This document shows positions 1 to 9,362 of a stretch of DNA of 64,000 nt, in pieces. A model generated the notes under the pieces. The model was not told the DNA's origin. It searched no databases and was given only the letters and a program-made list of their open reading frames with translations. The translations under genes and the position numbers were made by a program. Source of the DNA: an uncultured Acidobacteriota bacterium (GTDB taxonomy: Bacteria > Acidobacteriota > Thermoanaerobaculia > Multivoradales > UBA5704); contig OY969474.1 of NCBI GenBank assembly GCA_963700145.1, positions 320,001-384,000 of the forward strand, written 5' to 3'. The stretch's first letter is position 1, and every line of letters begins with the position of its first letter.

Positions 1-2454
1 CCGCACCCCGGCGCGGAGCCGCTCGCCATCGCCGAGGAGTTCCTCGCCGAGCACCTCGACCTGCTGGGGCTCTCCGCCGCCGATCTCGCCGAGCTCGAGG
101 TGACGGACGTCGTGCCCTCCGAAGCGAGCGGCGTCACCCACCTCTACCTCCGCCAGATGCACCGCGGCCTGCCGGTCTACAACGCCCAGCTCCAGGTCCA
201 CCTCGACGCCGAGGGACGGGTGCTGTCGGTCAACAGCGACTTTCTCCCCGATCTCGCGCTCGGCGTCGGCTCCCTCGAGCCGCGCCTCGACGCCGCCGCC
301 GCGGTCGCCGCCGCGGCCAAGCACGTCGAGAAGACCCTCGCCACCCCGCCGCGCCCGCGGGGCAAGCCCACCGGCGCCGGCCGGCGCACCGTGCTGGACG
401 CCAGGGACCTCTCCCTCGAGCCGATCGAGGCGCGCCTCGCGCTGTTGCCGGTGCGCCGCGCCGACGCCCGGCTGGTGTGGAACTTCCAGGTCTACACCCT
501 CGACGAGCAGCACGTCTACGACTTGACCGTCGACGCCGCCACGGGCGAGGTGCTGACCCGCTACGACTGGGTGGCGTCCGACTCCTACCGCGTCTACCCG
601 CGGCCGGTCGAGAGCCCCAACCACACGACGCCCTTGCCGCCGGCCGACGGCCGCGTGCTGCTCACCAACCCGGCCTTCGCCCCCTCGTCGCCGTTCGCCT
701 GGCACGACACCAACGGCGTGCCCGGCGCCGAGTTCACCATCATGCGCGGCAACAACGTCCACGCCTACGAGGACAGCGACGCCAACGGTCTGCCGCCCGC
801 CGTCCAGCCCGACTGCGGCCCCTCGATCGTCTGCGACTTCCCGATCAACCTCGCGGGCCAGCCGAGCACCTACCGCCCGGCGGCGGTGGCCAACCTCTTC
901 TACTGGAACAACCTCATCCACGACATCCAGGCGCAGTACGGCTTCACCTCGGCGGCGGGGAACTTCCAGGTCAACACCTACGGCGCCGGCGGCCTCGGCA
1001 ACGACGACGTGCGGGCCGAGGCGCAGGACGGCGGCGGCATCAACAACGCCAACTTCCTCACCCTGCCCGACGGCCAGCGGCCGCGCATGCAGATGTTCCT
1101 CTGGAACACGGCCAACCCGCAGAAGGACGGCGACCTCGACTCCGGCGTCATCGTCCACGAGTACGGCCACGGCATCTCGAACCGCCTGGTCGGCGGACCG
1201 CTGATCGTCACCTGCCTGCAGAACCTGCAGCAGCCGGGGGAGGGGCTGAGCGACTGGTGGTCGCTCGTCTACACGCACGAGAGGGGCGACCAGGGGACGG
1301 ACGGCCGCGGCATCGGCACCTACGTGCTCAACCAGCCGGTCACCGGCCTCGGCATCCGCACGCAGAAGTACAGCACCGACCCGACCGTCAACACCTGGAC
1401 CTACGCCTCGATCGCCGGCATGATCCCGCCGCACGGCGTCGGCTCGGTGTGGGCGCAGGGCGCGTGGGAGGTCTACTGGCGGCTCGTCGACCGCTGGGGC
1501 TTCGATCCCAACCTCTACGACGCCCTGGGCGGCGCCGGCAACCAGCGGATGAACCTCTACGCCACCGAGGGCCTCAAGTACACCGCCTGCAGCCCGACCT
1601 TCACCCAGACCCGCGACGGCTTCCTCCAGGCCGCCGCCCTCAACTACGGCAGCCAGGACGTCTGCCGCATGTGGAAGGGCTTCGCCGCCTTCGGCCTCGG
1701 CTCCGACGCGATCAGCGGCGGCCCCAACAACCTCAACGTCACCAACGGCTTCGCCACCCCCGCCTCGTGCGCCTGTGCGCTCGACCCCTTCCACCCCGTG
1801 ATCGTGCACTCGACCCAGACGTCGGCGACCTCGTTCGCCGTCTCCTGCCCGGCCGGCACCCTGGTCGTCGGCGGCGGCTGCAGCGACGACTTCACCAGCA
1901 CGATCCTGAGGAGCTCGGCGCCGCAGGGCAACAACGCCTGGAGCTGCAGTTACGAGAGCAACCCCGGGAGCCTGACCGCGTGGGCCCTCTGCGAGGACGT
2001 CCCGGTCGACAACTGCCGCGGCTACGAGATCGTCAACACGACGACGACCACGAGCAACGTCGCCTTCCTGAAGTGCCCGAACGACAAGATCGTCTTGGGC
2101 GGCGGCTGCCGCGACAACACCAACTCGTCGCCCCTGCAGTCGACCTACCCGTGGGGCGACGACGGCTGGGTCTGCAACTGGCAGAACGTGACCGGCAGCC
2201 TGACCGCCTACGCCATCTGCGGCGGCGCCAACCTCGACACCGGCCTCGCCGCGACGACTCACACCGAGACCTTCAGCAACGTCTCGTTCGTCCAGTGCCC
2301 GGCGGGGAAGAAGGTCGTCTCCGGCGGCTGCAGCGACGACTTCACCAGCACCACCGCCCAGAGCAGCTTCCCGTGGAACGACAACGGCTGGATCTGCAAC
2401 TGGACCAAGAACCCCGGCAGCCTGACCGTGTACGCGCTGTGTGAGGACCCGTAG
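1..2454 (+). CDS. M36 (fungalysin-like) extracellular metallopeptidase with FTP/PepSY propeptide and three C-terminal Cys-rich repeats; 5'-truncated by window edge
   Basis: Frame open from base 1. Motifs YLRQMHRGLPVYNA (FTP), VDAATGEVL (PepSY), NNANF, HEYGHGISNRL, GEGLSDW and PHGVGSVWA. C-terminal CP.G..V.GGGC repeats. Confidence 0.9.
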   Translation, partial: PHPGAEPLAIAEEFLAEHLDLLGLSAADLAELEVTDVVPSEASGVTHLYLRQMHRGLPVYNAQLQVHLDAEGRVLSVNSDFLPDLALGVGSLEPRLDAAAAVAAAAKHVEKTLATPPRPRGKPTGAGRRTVLDARDLSLEPIEARLALLPVRRADARLVWNFQVYTLDEQHVYDLTVDAATGEVLTRYDWVASDSYRVYPRPVESPNHTTPLPPADGRVLLTNPAFAPSSPFAWHDTNGVPGAEFTIMRGNNVHAYEDSDANGLPPAVQPDCGPSIVCDFPINLAGQPSTYRPAAVANLFYWNNLIHDIQAQYGFTSAAGNFQVNTYGAGGLGNDDVRAEAQDGGGINNANFLTLPDGQRPRMQMFLWNTANPQKDGDLDSGVIVHEYGHGISNRLVGGPLIVTCLQNLQQPGEGLSDWWSLVYTHERGDQGTDGRGIGTYVLNQPVTGLGIRTQKYSTDPTVNTWTYASIAGMIPPHGVGSVWAQGAWEVYWRLVDRWGFDPNLYDALGGAGNQRMNLYATEGLKYTACSPTFTQTRDGFLQAAALNYGSQDVCRMWKGFAAFGLGSDAISGGPNNLNVTNGFATPASCACALDPFHPVIVHSTQTSATSFAVSCPAGTLVVGGGCSDDFTSTILRSSAPQGNNAWSCSYESNPGSLTAWALCEDVPVDNCRGYEIVNTTTTTSNVAFLKCPNDKIVLGGGCRDNTNSSPLQSTYPWGDDGWVCNWQNVTGSLTAYAICGGANLDTGLAATTHTETFSNVSFVQCPAGKKVVSGGCSDDFTSTTAQSSFPWNDNGWICNWTKNPGSLTVYALCEDP

Positions 2455-2476
2455 CGCCCGGCCTACGTGCCGGGCG
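2450..2476. repeat. GTAG-type REP-like palindrome, single copy
   Basis: cGTAG-CGCCCGGC-ctacgt-GCCGGGCG. The same unit occurs twice at 14826-14899. It overlaps the stop codons of both convergent genes. Confidence 0.7.
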
Positions 2477-3494
2477 GGCCGAGCACCACTTCGCGGATCG
2501 GCACCGGCATGAAGCAAAGCACGAAGAGGAGCAACGCCAGGACCGCGAGCGCCTGCCGCCCGCGGTCCAGCGGCTCCGCCTCGTCGCGCACCGGCGGGTG
2601 CCGCAGCCCCATGAGCAGCACGATGGCGGTCCAGAAGATCCAGCCCGGCCAGATGAGGCTGGCGAGCGCCAGCAGGCCCCAGAGCGGCAGCGCGACCCGG
2701 CGCTGCAGCCGCCCGGTCGCGGCGTAGAGGATGTGCCCGCCGTCGAGCTGGCCCAGGGGCAGCAGGTTGATGGCGGTGGCGAGGAGCCCGAACCAGGCGG
2801 CGAGGGCGAAGGGGTGGAGGTCGAGCACCGTCCCCTCCGGCAGCGGGCCGTGGAAGAGGCGGGCGACGAAGTCGAAGGCCAGGCTCCGCCCCGGGATCAG
2901 GATCGTCGCGGCGCCGCCGGCCGGGATCACGGCGTCGGCGAGCGGCACCGGCCGCGAGCGCGCGAGCCCGATGAAGAGGAAGGGGAGGAGCGCGACGAAC
3001 CCGGCGAAAGGGCCGGAGGCGCCGACGTCGAAGAGCTCCCGCTTGCTGCGGATCGGCGCCTGGATCTTGATGAAGGCGCCGACCGTGCCGATGCCGAAGG
3101 GCGCCGGCAGGAAGTAGGGGAGCGTGGCGGGGAGGCCGTAGCGCCGGCAGGTCAGGTAGTGCCCCAGCTCGTGGACCAGCAGGATCCCCAGCACCGCGAG
3201 CGAGAAGCGCAGCCCCAGGCCGAGCAGCGCCGGGTCGTTCCACACCGCGCGGATGCTGGCGCCGCTGAGCCACGGCATGAGGCTCCAGAAGATGTCGGTG
3301 CGCGTCTGGATCAGGAAGACGGCGCCGAGCGTCGTCGTGGTGAAGAAGGTCAGCAGGAAGAGCAGCAGCGCGAGCCCGTAGCGCGGGCGGACCGGCGCCG
3401 GCTCGGCCGGGGCGCCGGGGGGCGGGAGCAGCTCGATGCGCAGCGGGCGCGGCGGTCCGGCGTCTAGAGAGGACGGATCGGGCGGCGGGCTCAG
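2463..3494 (-). CDS. Site-2 protease (M50) membrane metalloprotease
   Basis: HELGH, GPFAG and NLLPLGQLDGGH motifs. The frame stays open upstream of the track start (3278) through a TM segment to a CTG overlapping the HU stop. The start is uncertain. Confidence 0.85.
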   Translation of the reverse strand: MSPPPDPSSLDAGPPRPLRIELLPPPGAPAEPAPVRPRYGLALLLFLLTFFTTTTLGAVFLIQTRTDIFWSLMPWLSGASIRAVWNDPALLGLGLRFSLAVLGILLVHELGHYLTCRRYGLPATLPYFLPAPFGIGTVGAFIKIQAPIRSKRELFDVGASGPFAGFVALLPFLFIGLARSRPVPLADAVIPAGGAATILIPGRSLAFDFVARLFHGPLPEGTVLDLHPFALAAWFGLLATAINLLPLGQLDGGHILYAATGRLQRRVALPLWGLLALASLIWPGWIFWTAIVLLMGLRHPPVRDEAEPLDRGRQALAVLALLLFVLCFMPVPIREVVLGPPGT

Positions 3495-3757
3495 AGGTTC
3501 TTGAGGTCCTTGCCCGGCTTGAAGCGGACCGTCTTGCCGGGGGTGATCGCCACTTCGACCCCGGTCTTCGGGTTGCGGCCGACGCCCTTCTTGCGGTCGC
3601 GGACCTGGAACACGCCGAAGCCGCGCAGCTCGATCCGCTTGCCGTCGCAGAGGGCGGTTTTCATCGCCTCGATGATGGTGTCGACGGCCTGCGCCGCCTT
3701 GACGCGGGGCACGTCCGACACTTCCGCAACGTGATTGACGATGTCCGACTTGATCAT
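3491..3757 (-). CDS. HU/IHF family DNA-binding protein
   Basis: MIKSDIV...IELRGFGVF...GRNPKTG...VRFKPGKDLK signature. Confidence 0.95.
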   Translation of the reverse strand: MIKSDIVNHVAEVSDVPRVKAAQAVDTIIEAMKTALCDGKRIELRGFGVFQVRDRKKGVGRNPKTGVEVAITPGKTVRFKPGKDLKNL

Positions 3758-3861
3758 GAATTGGTCCGAAGCGGCGGGGAGTGTAGCACGGCGCATCGAC
3801 CTGTCAACTCGTTGGTCCTGGGGGATTTGCCGGCTCGGAAGGGGGCCGCTAGGATGGCCGC

Positions 3862-4809
3862 GTGAGCGCCTCCGCACCTCTCCGCGTGGCCCTGAGCGGC
3901 GGCGCCGGATTCATCGGCTCGCACCTCGCCGACGCCCTCCTCGCCGCCGGCCATCGCGTCGCGGTGATCGACGACCTGTCGAGCGGCCGGCGCGAGAACG
4001 TGCCCGAAGGCGCCGAGCTGCACGTCCTCGACGTGCGCTCGCCGCAGGCGGCCGAGCTGGCGGCGGAGAGCGACGTGCTGGTCCACACCGCGGCGCAGAC
4101 CGACGTCCGGCGCTCGCTCGCGGACCCGGCCTTCGACGCCTCGGTCAACCTGCTCGGCGGGCTCAACCTGCTCGCCGGCGTGCGGCGCGGCGGGCGATTG
4201 CGACAGGTCGTCTTCGCCTCGACCGGCGGCGCGATCTACGGCGAGCAGGAGGCCTTCCCGGCGCCCGAGGAGCACCCGACGCGGCCGCTCTCGCCGTACG
4301 GCGTCTCGAAGCTCGCCTTCGAGCGCTACCTCTTCGTCCACCACACCGCCTATGGGCTCGACGCGGCCTGCCTCCGTTACGGCAACGTCTACGGCGAGCG
4401 GCAGAACCCGCACGGCGAGGCGGGAGTGGTGGCGATCTTCCTCGACCGGCTGCTGGCGGGGGAGACGCCGACGATCAACGGCGACGGCCTCCAGACCCGC
4501 GACTACGTCCACGTCTCCGACGTGGTGCGCGCGACCGTCGCGACGGTCGGCCGCCCTGGCTTCCTGATCTACAACGTGGGGACGGGTGTCGAGACCTCGG
4601 TCGTCGACCTCTACCGCGAGCTCGCCCGCGCGGTCGGCAGCGACGCCGAGCCTGTCCACGGCCCCGCCAAGCCCGGCGAGCAGCAGCGCTCCAGCGTCGA
4701 CCCCTCGCGCCTCTTCCGCGACCTCGCCCTCCCCCCGCCGCTCTCCCTCGCCGAAGGCCTGTCCCGCACCGCCGCCTGGTTCCGGGCGCGCTCAGCGGCG
4801 CAGGACTGA
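3862..4809 (+). CDS. NAD-dependent epimerase/dehydratase (UDP-glucose 4-epimerase-like)
   Basis: GGAGFIGSH Rossmann motif, STGGAIYG, YGVSK, RYGNVYG and TRDYVHVSD. Confidence 0.92.
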   Translation: MSASAPLRVALSGGAGFIGSHLADALLAAGHRVAVIDDLSSGRRENVPEGAELHVLDVRSPQAAELAAESDVLVHTAAQTDVRRSLADPAFDASVNLLGGLNLLAGVRRGGRLRQVVFASTGGAIYGEQEAFPAPEEHPTRPLSPYGVSKLAFERYLFVHHTAYGLDAACLRYGNVYGERQNPHGEAGVVAIFLDRLLAGETPTINGDGLQTRDYVHVSDVVRATVATVGRPGFLIYNVGTGVETSVVDLYRELARAVGSDAEPVHGPAKPGEQQRSSVDPSRLFRDLALPPPLSLAEGLSRTAAWFRARSAAQD

Positions 4810-5283
4810 GTCCAGCCGCACGCCGTCCACCCAGATCTCGACGTCGCGCACGTCCGGGAACTGGCCGGCGGTGCGGGTGAGCTGCTCGAGGACGCGCGGG
4901 CCGTCGCACTTCTCTTGGATCTCCACCCAGCCGGCGAGGTCGATGCGCACGCGGCCGTCGCTGTTCTGGATGCGCTGGATCTCGAGCGGCGAGGCGTGGA
5001 GGGCGCTGTAGAGGCCGCTGGCGGGGTGGTGGGGGGTGTCGATCGCGAGCAGCGCTTCGAGCGCGCCGCGCAGCGCCGGCCGCTGGGCCGGCAGGTCCAC
5101 CTCGACGGCGACGACGCTGTCGCCGCAGCCGATCCGCGGGCCGCCGACGCCGCCATCGTCGCGGTCGATCAGGAAGATGCGCGCCTCGTCGGTCTGGCTC
5201 CAGGCCGACGGCGCCCGCCCCGGCGCGCAGGAGAAGACGGCGAGGAGAAGCGCCAGCGCCGAGCGCGGTCCGGCGCGGCTCAC
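4792..5283 (-). CDS. GerMN (sporulation/spore germination)-like domain lipoprotein
   Basis: Lipobox-like LAVFSC, IGCGDSVV, and QLTRTAGQFPDVRDVEIWVDG typical of the GerMN C-terminus. The GTG start overlaps the folA stop. Confidence 0.65.
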   Translation of the reverse strand: MSRAGPRSALALLLAVFSCAPGRAPSAWSQTDEARIFLIDRDDGGVGGPRIGCGDSVVAVEVDLPAQRPALRGALEALLAIDTPHHPASGLYSALHASPLEIQRIQNSDGRVRIDLAGWVEIQEKCDGPRVLEQLTRTAGQFPDVRDVEIWVDGVRLDSVLRR

Positions 5284-5774
5284 GCCGGCTCCCAGATCTG
5301 AAAGCGGAAGGGCGCCGGCGGCGTGCCGGCCGGCGGGTGCGCCTCCTCCCACACCAAGCGCCACCGCGCCGGGTCGAGCTCCGGGAAGAACGTGTCCCCC
5401 TCGAAGTCGCGCTCGAGGAGCGTCAGGTGGATGCGGTCGGCGCGGTCGAGGGTGGCCGCGTAGATCGCCGCGCCGCCAGCCACGAAGAGCTCCGTCTCGC
5501 CCGCCGCCTCGGCCAGCGCCAACCCCTCCTCGACCGAGCGCGCGACGTGCGCCTTCTCGGCCGTGTACGCCGGATCGCGCGTCACCACGATCGTCGGCCG
5601 CCCCGGCAGGGGCTTCCTCCCGATCGAGTCCCAGGTCCGCCGCCCCATCAGCATCCAGTGCCCGGAGGTCAGCTTCTTGAAGCGCTTGAGGTCGGGCGGC
5701 AGGTGCCAGGGGAGGCCGCCGCCGCGGCCGATCACCCGGTTGGCCGCCATCGCGGCGATCAGTGAGACCTCCAT
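5280..5774 (-). CDS. folA: Dihydrofolate reductase
   Basis: IAAMAANRVIG, LPWHLPPDLKRFK, MGRRTWDSI, LPGR, GGAAIY and GDTFFP. Lies downstream of thyA. Confidence 0.97.
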   Translation of the reverse strand: MEVSLIAAMAANRVIGRGGGLPWHLPPDLKRFKKLTSGHWMLMGRRTWDSIGRKPLPGRPTIVVTRDPAYTAEKAHVARSVEEGLALAEAAGETELFVAGGAAIYAATLDRADRIHLTLLERDFEGDTFFPELDPARWRLVWEEAHPPAGTPPAPFRFQIWEPA

Positions 5775-5785
5775 GCAGAGGCGCG

Positions 5786-6580
5786 TTATACCGCGACCGG
5801 CGCCTTGATCGCCGGGTGCGGGTCGTAGCCGGAGAGGGTGAAGTCCTCGTAGCGGAAGTCGAAGAGCGAGCGCACCTCCGGCGCCAGCGCCATCTCCGGC
5901 AGCGGCCGCGGCTCGCGGCCGAGCTGCAGGTGCGCCTGTTCGAGGTGGTTGAGATAGAGGTGGGCGTCGCCGAGCGTGTGCACCAGGTCTCCGGGGGCGA
6001 GGCCGCAGGCCTGCGCCACCATCCGCGTCAGCAGCGCGTAGGAGGCGATGTTGAAGGGCAGCCCCAGGAAGACGTCGGCGCTGCGCTGGTAGAGCTGGCA
6101 GGAGAGGCGGCCGTCGCCGACCCAGAACTGGAAGAGCACATGGCAGGGCGGCAGGCGCATGGCGTCGAGCTCGGCGACGTTCCAGGCCGAGACCAGGTGG
6201 CGGCGGGAGTCGGGGTCGCGGCGGATCTGCTCGACGACTTGCGCCAGCTGGTCGATCGTGCCGCCGTCGTGCGCCGGCCAGGAGCGCCACTGCCGGCCGT
6301 AGACCGGCCCCAGCTCCCCGGCCTCGTCCGCCCATTCGTCCCAGATCGTCACCCCCTGCGCCTGCAGGGCGCGCACGTTGGTGTCGCCGGCGACGAACCA
6401 GAGCAGCTCGTGGAGGATGGAGCGGAGGTGGACCTTCTTGGTCGTCAGCAGCGGAAACCCCGCCGCCAGATCGAACCGCAGCTGCCAGCCGAAGACCGAC
6501 AGCGTCCCGGTGCCCGTGCGGTCCGCCTTGCGCACCCCGTGATCGAGGACGTGGCGGAGAAGGTCGAGATACTGCCGCAT
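5786..6580 (-). CDS. thyA: Thymidylate synthase
   Basis: [37 protein letters not shown] and DAHLYLNH. Confidence 0.98.
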   Translation of the reverse strand: MRQYLDLLRHVLDHGVRKADRTGTGTLSVFGWQLRFDLAAGFPLLTTKKVHLRSILHELLWFVAGDTNVRALQAQGVTIWDEWADEAGELGPVYGRQWRSWPAHDGGTIDQLAQVVEQIRRDPDSRRHLVSAWNVAELDAMRLPPCHVLFQFWVGDGRLSCQLYQRSADVFLGLPFNIASYALLTRMVAQACGLAPGDLVHTLGDAHLYLNHLEQAHLQLGREPRPLPEMALAPEVRSLFDFRYEDFTLSGYDPHPAIKAPVAV

Positions 6581-6608
6581 GGGGTGGTTTGGAGTTTATA
6601 TCGTTGGA

Positions 6609-7342
6609 TCAGGGACAGGTGGCGAACGCGTCGGTGTCCTGCACCGGCGCGAAGGGGACGCCGAGGACGTTGTCGTAGGTCTTCTGCTCGCCGGTCTGCG
6701 TGTCCGTGACGGTGATCTCGACCTCGACGTCCGTCAGGCCGCCGGCGAAGACCCAGTACTTTCCGAACGGGCCGCAGGCGTCGAGCACCTTGATCACGAC
6801 CTCGACGTTGGCCGGTCCGAAGAACCAGAGGTAGCCGGTGTCGTCGGTGAGCTTGACCACCGCGGCGCGGCCCGCGTCGGTGGCTGTCCGCCAGGAGGCC
6901 TCCACTTGGAAACGCTCCCGGTTCAGGCAGAGGACGTGCGATAGGGCGGCGCAGGTATGGGCGAGGTTGAGAGCGACGTTGTCGAAGTGCGCCGTCGCCG
7001 TGCCCGGGCCGGACTTGCCGACGACGAGCGAGAGCCGAACGCCTCGCGCGGCGAGCGGCGCGCTGAACTCGAAGTCCGGGAAGGGGCTGGAGTGCCAGGC
7101 GCCGTCCTCCTCCGGCCCGGAAAACCCGCCGTTGCTGGAGAGGAAGAGGCCGCAGGCCGGGTCCGCAAACCAGGCGAAGATGGCTTGCACGGACGCGTCG
7201 ATCCCGGCCGTCGTTTCGAGGCGGTAGTCGGCGCGACGTCCGTGTCGAAGGTGCCGTTCTGGAGCAGGTTCTGCGCCGAAACCGGCGCGGCGGCGCAGGA
7301 GAGGAAAACCGCGAGGACAAGGCGGCGGTTGCTTCGGCTCAT
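6609..7342 (-). pseudogene. Frameshifted or internally deleted secreted protein carrying the C-terminal 'AFATCP' domain
   Basis: The signal peptide and NLLQNGTFDTDVA (ATG 7342) are in one frame. The body and C-terminal domain (LCLNRERF...WVFAGGLT...DAFATCP) are in another. The junction is near 7225. Confidence 0.7.
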
Positions 7343-7463
7343 CGTCCGGGCTGAGCATCGCACAAGTTGCTCGGTGCCTCTGTAACGCCCGCCACGGGCA
7401 CGCGCCTGTAGAGTCGGTCACCCGGCCCGCCGGAGCGGGCGGAGTGCCGCAAGGAGACGCGCG

Positions 7464-8771
7464 ATGAGAGAGCGAAACGCGAAAGCCGCGCCGGCGGTGG
7501 GTCTGGGGTTGGCGCTGATCCTCGCCTTCGGCTGCCGGGGCAAGGCGCCTTCCGACGAGACGATCGTCTCCGACACGCTGCGCTTCAAGGGCAGAGTGGT
7601 GGAGGAGCTGCCGTCGGGCGAGGTGATCCGGGAGACGGCCATCGTCCGCGGCAAGGAGTTCCGCTGGCAGGCCAAGCTGGAAGACCGCGCCGGCACGCCC
7701 GAGATCGAGGCAGATGTCTCCTCCCAGCCCGTCGACCTGGACGCCGTCAGCGTCGAGGAGCTGGCGGAAAAGCTGCGCGGGCTGGCTCTCTACCAGGGCC
7801 ATCAGTTCCTGGAGGCGGAGCCGCCCTACGAGCTGGCGCGGCGGGTCAAGGAGCACCACCGGCTCCTGCGGCAGGGAGCGCCGGTCGAGGCGCTGGAGCG
7901 CGTCTTCCGCGGGGTGGCGGCTGCGCAGGGGGCCGCCGCTCGCACCGCCAGCTTCGAGGCGGTCGAGAGGCCGGCCGGCGCCAGGGGCCCGTTGACGCAG
8001 CAAGTCCACGGCGCCGACGACCGTTCGGTCTTCGACAACACGGTCTACCCCCACCGGGCGCAGATCGTTTTCGACAACACCGGCAGCACGAGCGCGATCA
8101 ACGGCGCCCAGGGCTCCGGCACACTGATCGGGCGGTCCACCGCGATGTCGGCCGCCCACGTCTTCTGGGACGAGGGCAACGACACTTGGGAAGCCGACCA
8201 TCTCTGGTCGCCTGGCTTCGACAGCCAGGACGGGGACTCCAGCCCCTGGGGCGACTGGTTTCGCTGCTACTGGGTAACGATCCCGACGGCCTACACCAAC
8301 AACGAGAACCAGAACACCTGGGACTTCGCCGTGGTGGACTTCAACGTGGGCTGCAACTCCGTGGACAACGGAGTCAACTCGGACCGGCCGGGCAACACCG
8401 TCGGCTGGCTGGGCCACTACACCGCCTCCGAAAGCGCCATCGAGGGCACGACGGGCTACGTCCGCGGCTATCCCGGCGCCAGCGGCACCTGCGGCAGCTC
8501 CGGGGGGGCTTGCAACGTGCGGGTGTGGGGCGACACCTCCAGCGGCAGCGAAAACGACGTCAGCTCCCAGGAGATCCGCCACCTGGCCGACACCAGCAGC
8601 GGGCAGAGCGGCTCGGGCTTCTACCACTACGCCGACCCGAGCTGCGGCGGCTGCGGCCACGGCCCGTACGTCGTCGGCATGCACCGGGTCGGCTCAGGAA
8701 CGACCAACGGGGCGCGCCGCTACGACTCCACGGTCCGCGGCTTCGTCCAGGACAATAGCAGCGAGTTCTGA
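7464..8771 (+). CDS. Trypsin-like (glutamyl endopeptidase/V8-like) serine protease, probable lipoprotein
   Basis: LILAFGC lipobox, GSGTLIG, SAAHV (His), WDFAVV (Asp) and GQSGSG (Ser). AGGAG RBS. Confidence 0.85.
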   Translation: MRERNAKAAPAVGLGLALILAFGCRGKAPSDETIVSDTLRFKGRVVEELPSGEVIRETAIVRGKEFRWQAKLEDRAGTPEIEADVSSQPVDLDAVSVEELAEKLRGLALYQGHQFLEAEPPYELARRVKEHHRLLRQGAPVEALERVFRGVAAAQGAAARTASFEAVERPAGARGPLTQQVHGADDRSVFDNTVYPHRAQIVFDNTGSTSAINGAQGSGTLIGRSTAMSAAHVFWDEGNDTWEADHLWSPGFDSQDGDSSPWGDWFRCYWVTIPTAYTNNENQNTWDFAVVDFNVGCNSVDNGVNSDRPGNTVGWLGHYTASESAIEGTTGYVRGYPGASGTCGSSGGACNVRVWGDTSSGSENDVSSQEIRHLADTSSGQSGSGFYHYADPSCGGCGHGPYVVGMHRVGSGTTNGARRYDSTVRGFVQDNSSEF

Positions 8772-8787
8772 GGGACCGTGTAGGTTC

Positions 8788-8816
8788 TTGACCGTAGCCT
8801 CCATGGCACCTATAAT
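8788..8816 (+). promoter_or_regulatory. Sigma70-type promoter giving a probable leaderless mRNA
   Basis: TTGACC-17 bp-TATAAT with the ATG 6 nt downstream (8823). Confidence 0.7.
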
Positions 8817-8822
8817 CCCGCA

Positions 8823-9029
8823 ATGAGCTATATCAAGACCTCCCTCAATCTATCCCCTCCCGCCCTCGACGCCCTCCGGAAGATGGCCGCCAGGCGCGGT
8901 GTGACGGTCGCCGAGATCGTGCGCCAGGCGATCGCCACCGAGAAGTTCTTCGTCGACGAGGTGGAGAAGGGCCACAAGATCCTCATCGAGGACAAGGACC
9001 GGAGCCTCCGCCAGGTGGTCTTCCGCTGA
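8823..9029 (+). CDS. CopG/ribbon-helix-helix DNA-binding protein
   Basis: KTSLNLS beta strand followed by helix-helix (ALDALRKMAARRGVTVAEIVRQAI). Confidence 0.8.
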   Translation: MSYIKTSLNLSPPALDALRKMAARRGVTVAEIVRQAIATEKFFVDEVEKGHKILIEDKDRSLRQVVFR

Positions 9030-9031
9030 TC

Positions 9032-9352
9032 GTGACCGCCGGCGCGCCCAGCCCCTCGGTCCAGCCCTTCAGCATCGACCTCGAAGCGACCCCCGCCCCC
9101 GGCCACCCGTTCGCGCCGCCGCCGCCCTTCCCGCCGCTCGAGACCGTCCCCTACTCCGACCGCATCCGCGGCCGCATCGCCGAGCGCCTGATCTGGATGC
9201 TCGCCGCCGTCATCCTCCTCGCCTTCGCCACCTACTGGCGCGCCAACCCCGACCCCGCGCAGCTCCAGGAGTTCCTCGCCGTCCTCTTCGGCCCCCTCAT
9301 CGCCCTCGTCTCTGCCGCCGTCGGCTACTACTTCGGCGGGAAGGCGGGGTAG
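9032..9352 (+). CDS. Small two-TM membrane protein ending in AAVGYYFG
   Basis: Two hydrophobic segments, directly downstream of the RHH gene, good GC3 bias. Confidence 0.65.
   Translation: MTAGAPSPSVQPFSIDLEATPAPGHPFAPPPPFPPLETVPYSDRIRGRIAERLIWMLAAVILLAFATYWRANPDPAQLQEFLAVLFGPLIALVSAAVGYYFGGKAG
9283..9338 (+). repeat. ~55-bp imperfect direct repeat, copy 1 (3' end of the membrane protein gene)
   Basis: cctcttcggccccctcatcgccctcgtctctgccgccgtcggctactacttcggcg matches 11532-11586. Confidence 0.75.
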
Positions 9353-9362
9353 CGACGCTCGC

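Noticed and set aside
5280-6335. Long DHFR ORF suggesting a ThyA-DHFR fusion
   Set aside because: thyA ends at its own stop (5786) in another frame. The DHFR starts at ATG 5774.
6609-8684. 691-aa ORF as one protein
   Set aside because: The N-terminal two thirds is antisense to the serine protease. Only about 6609-7225 is meaningful.
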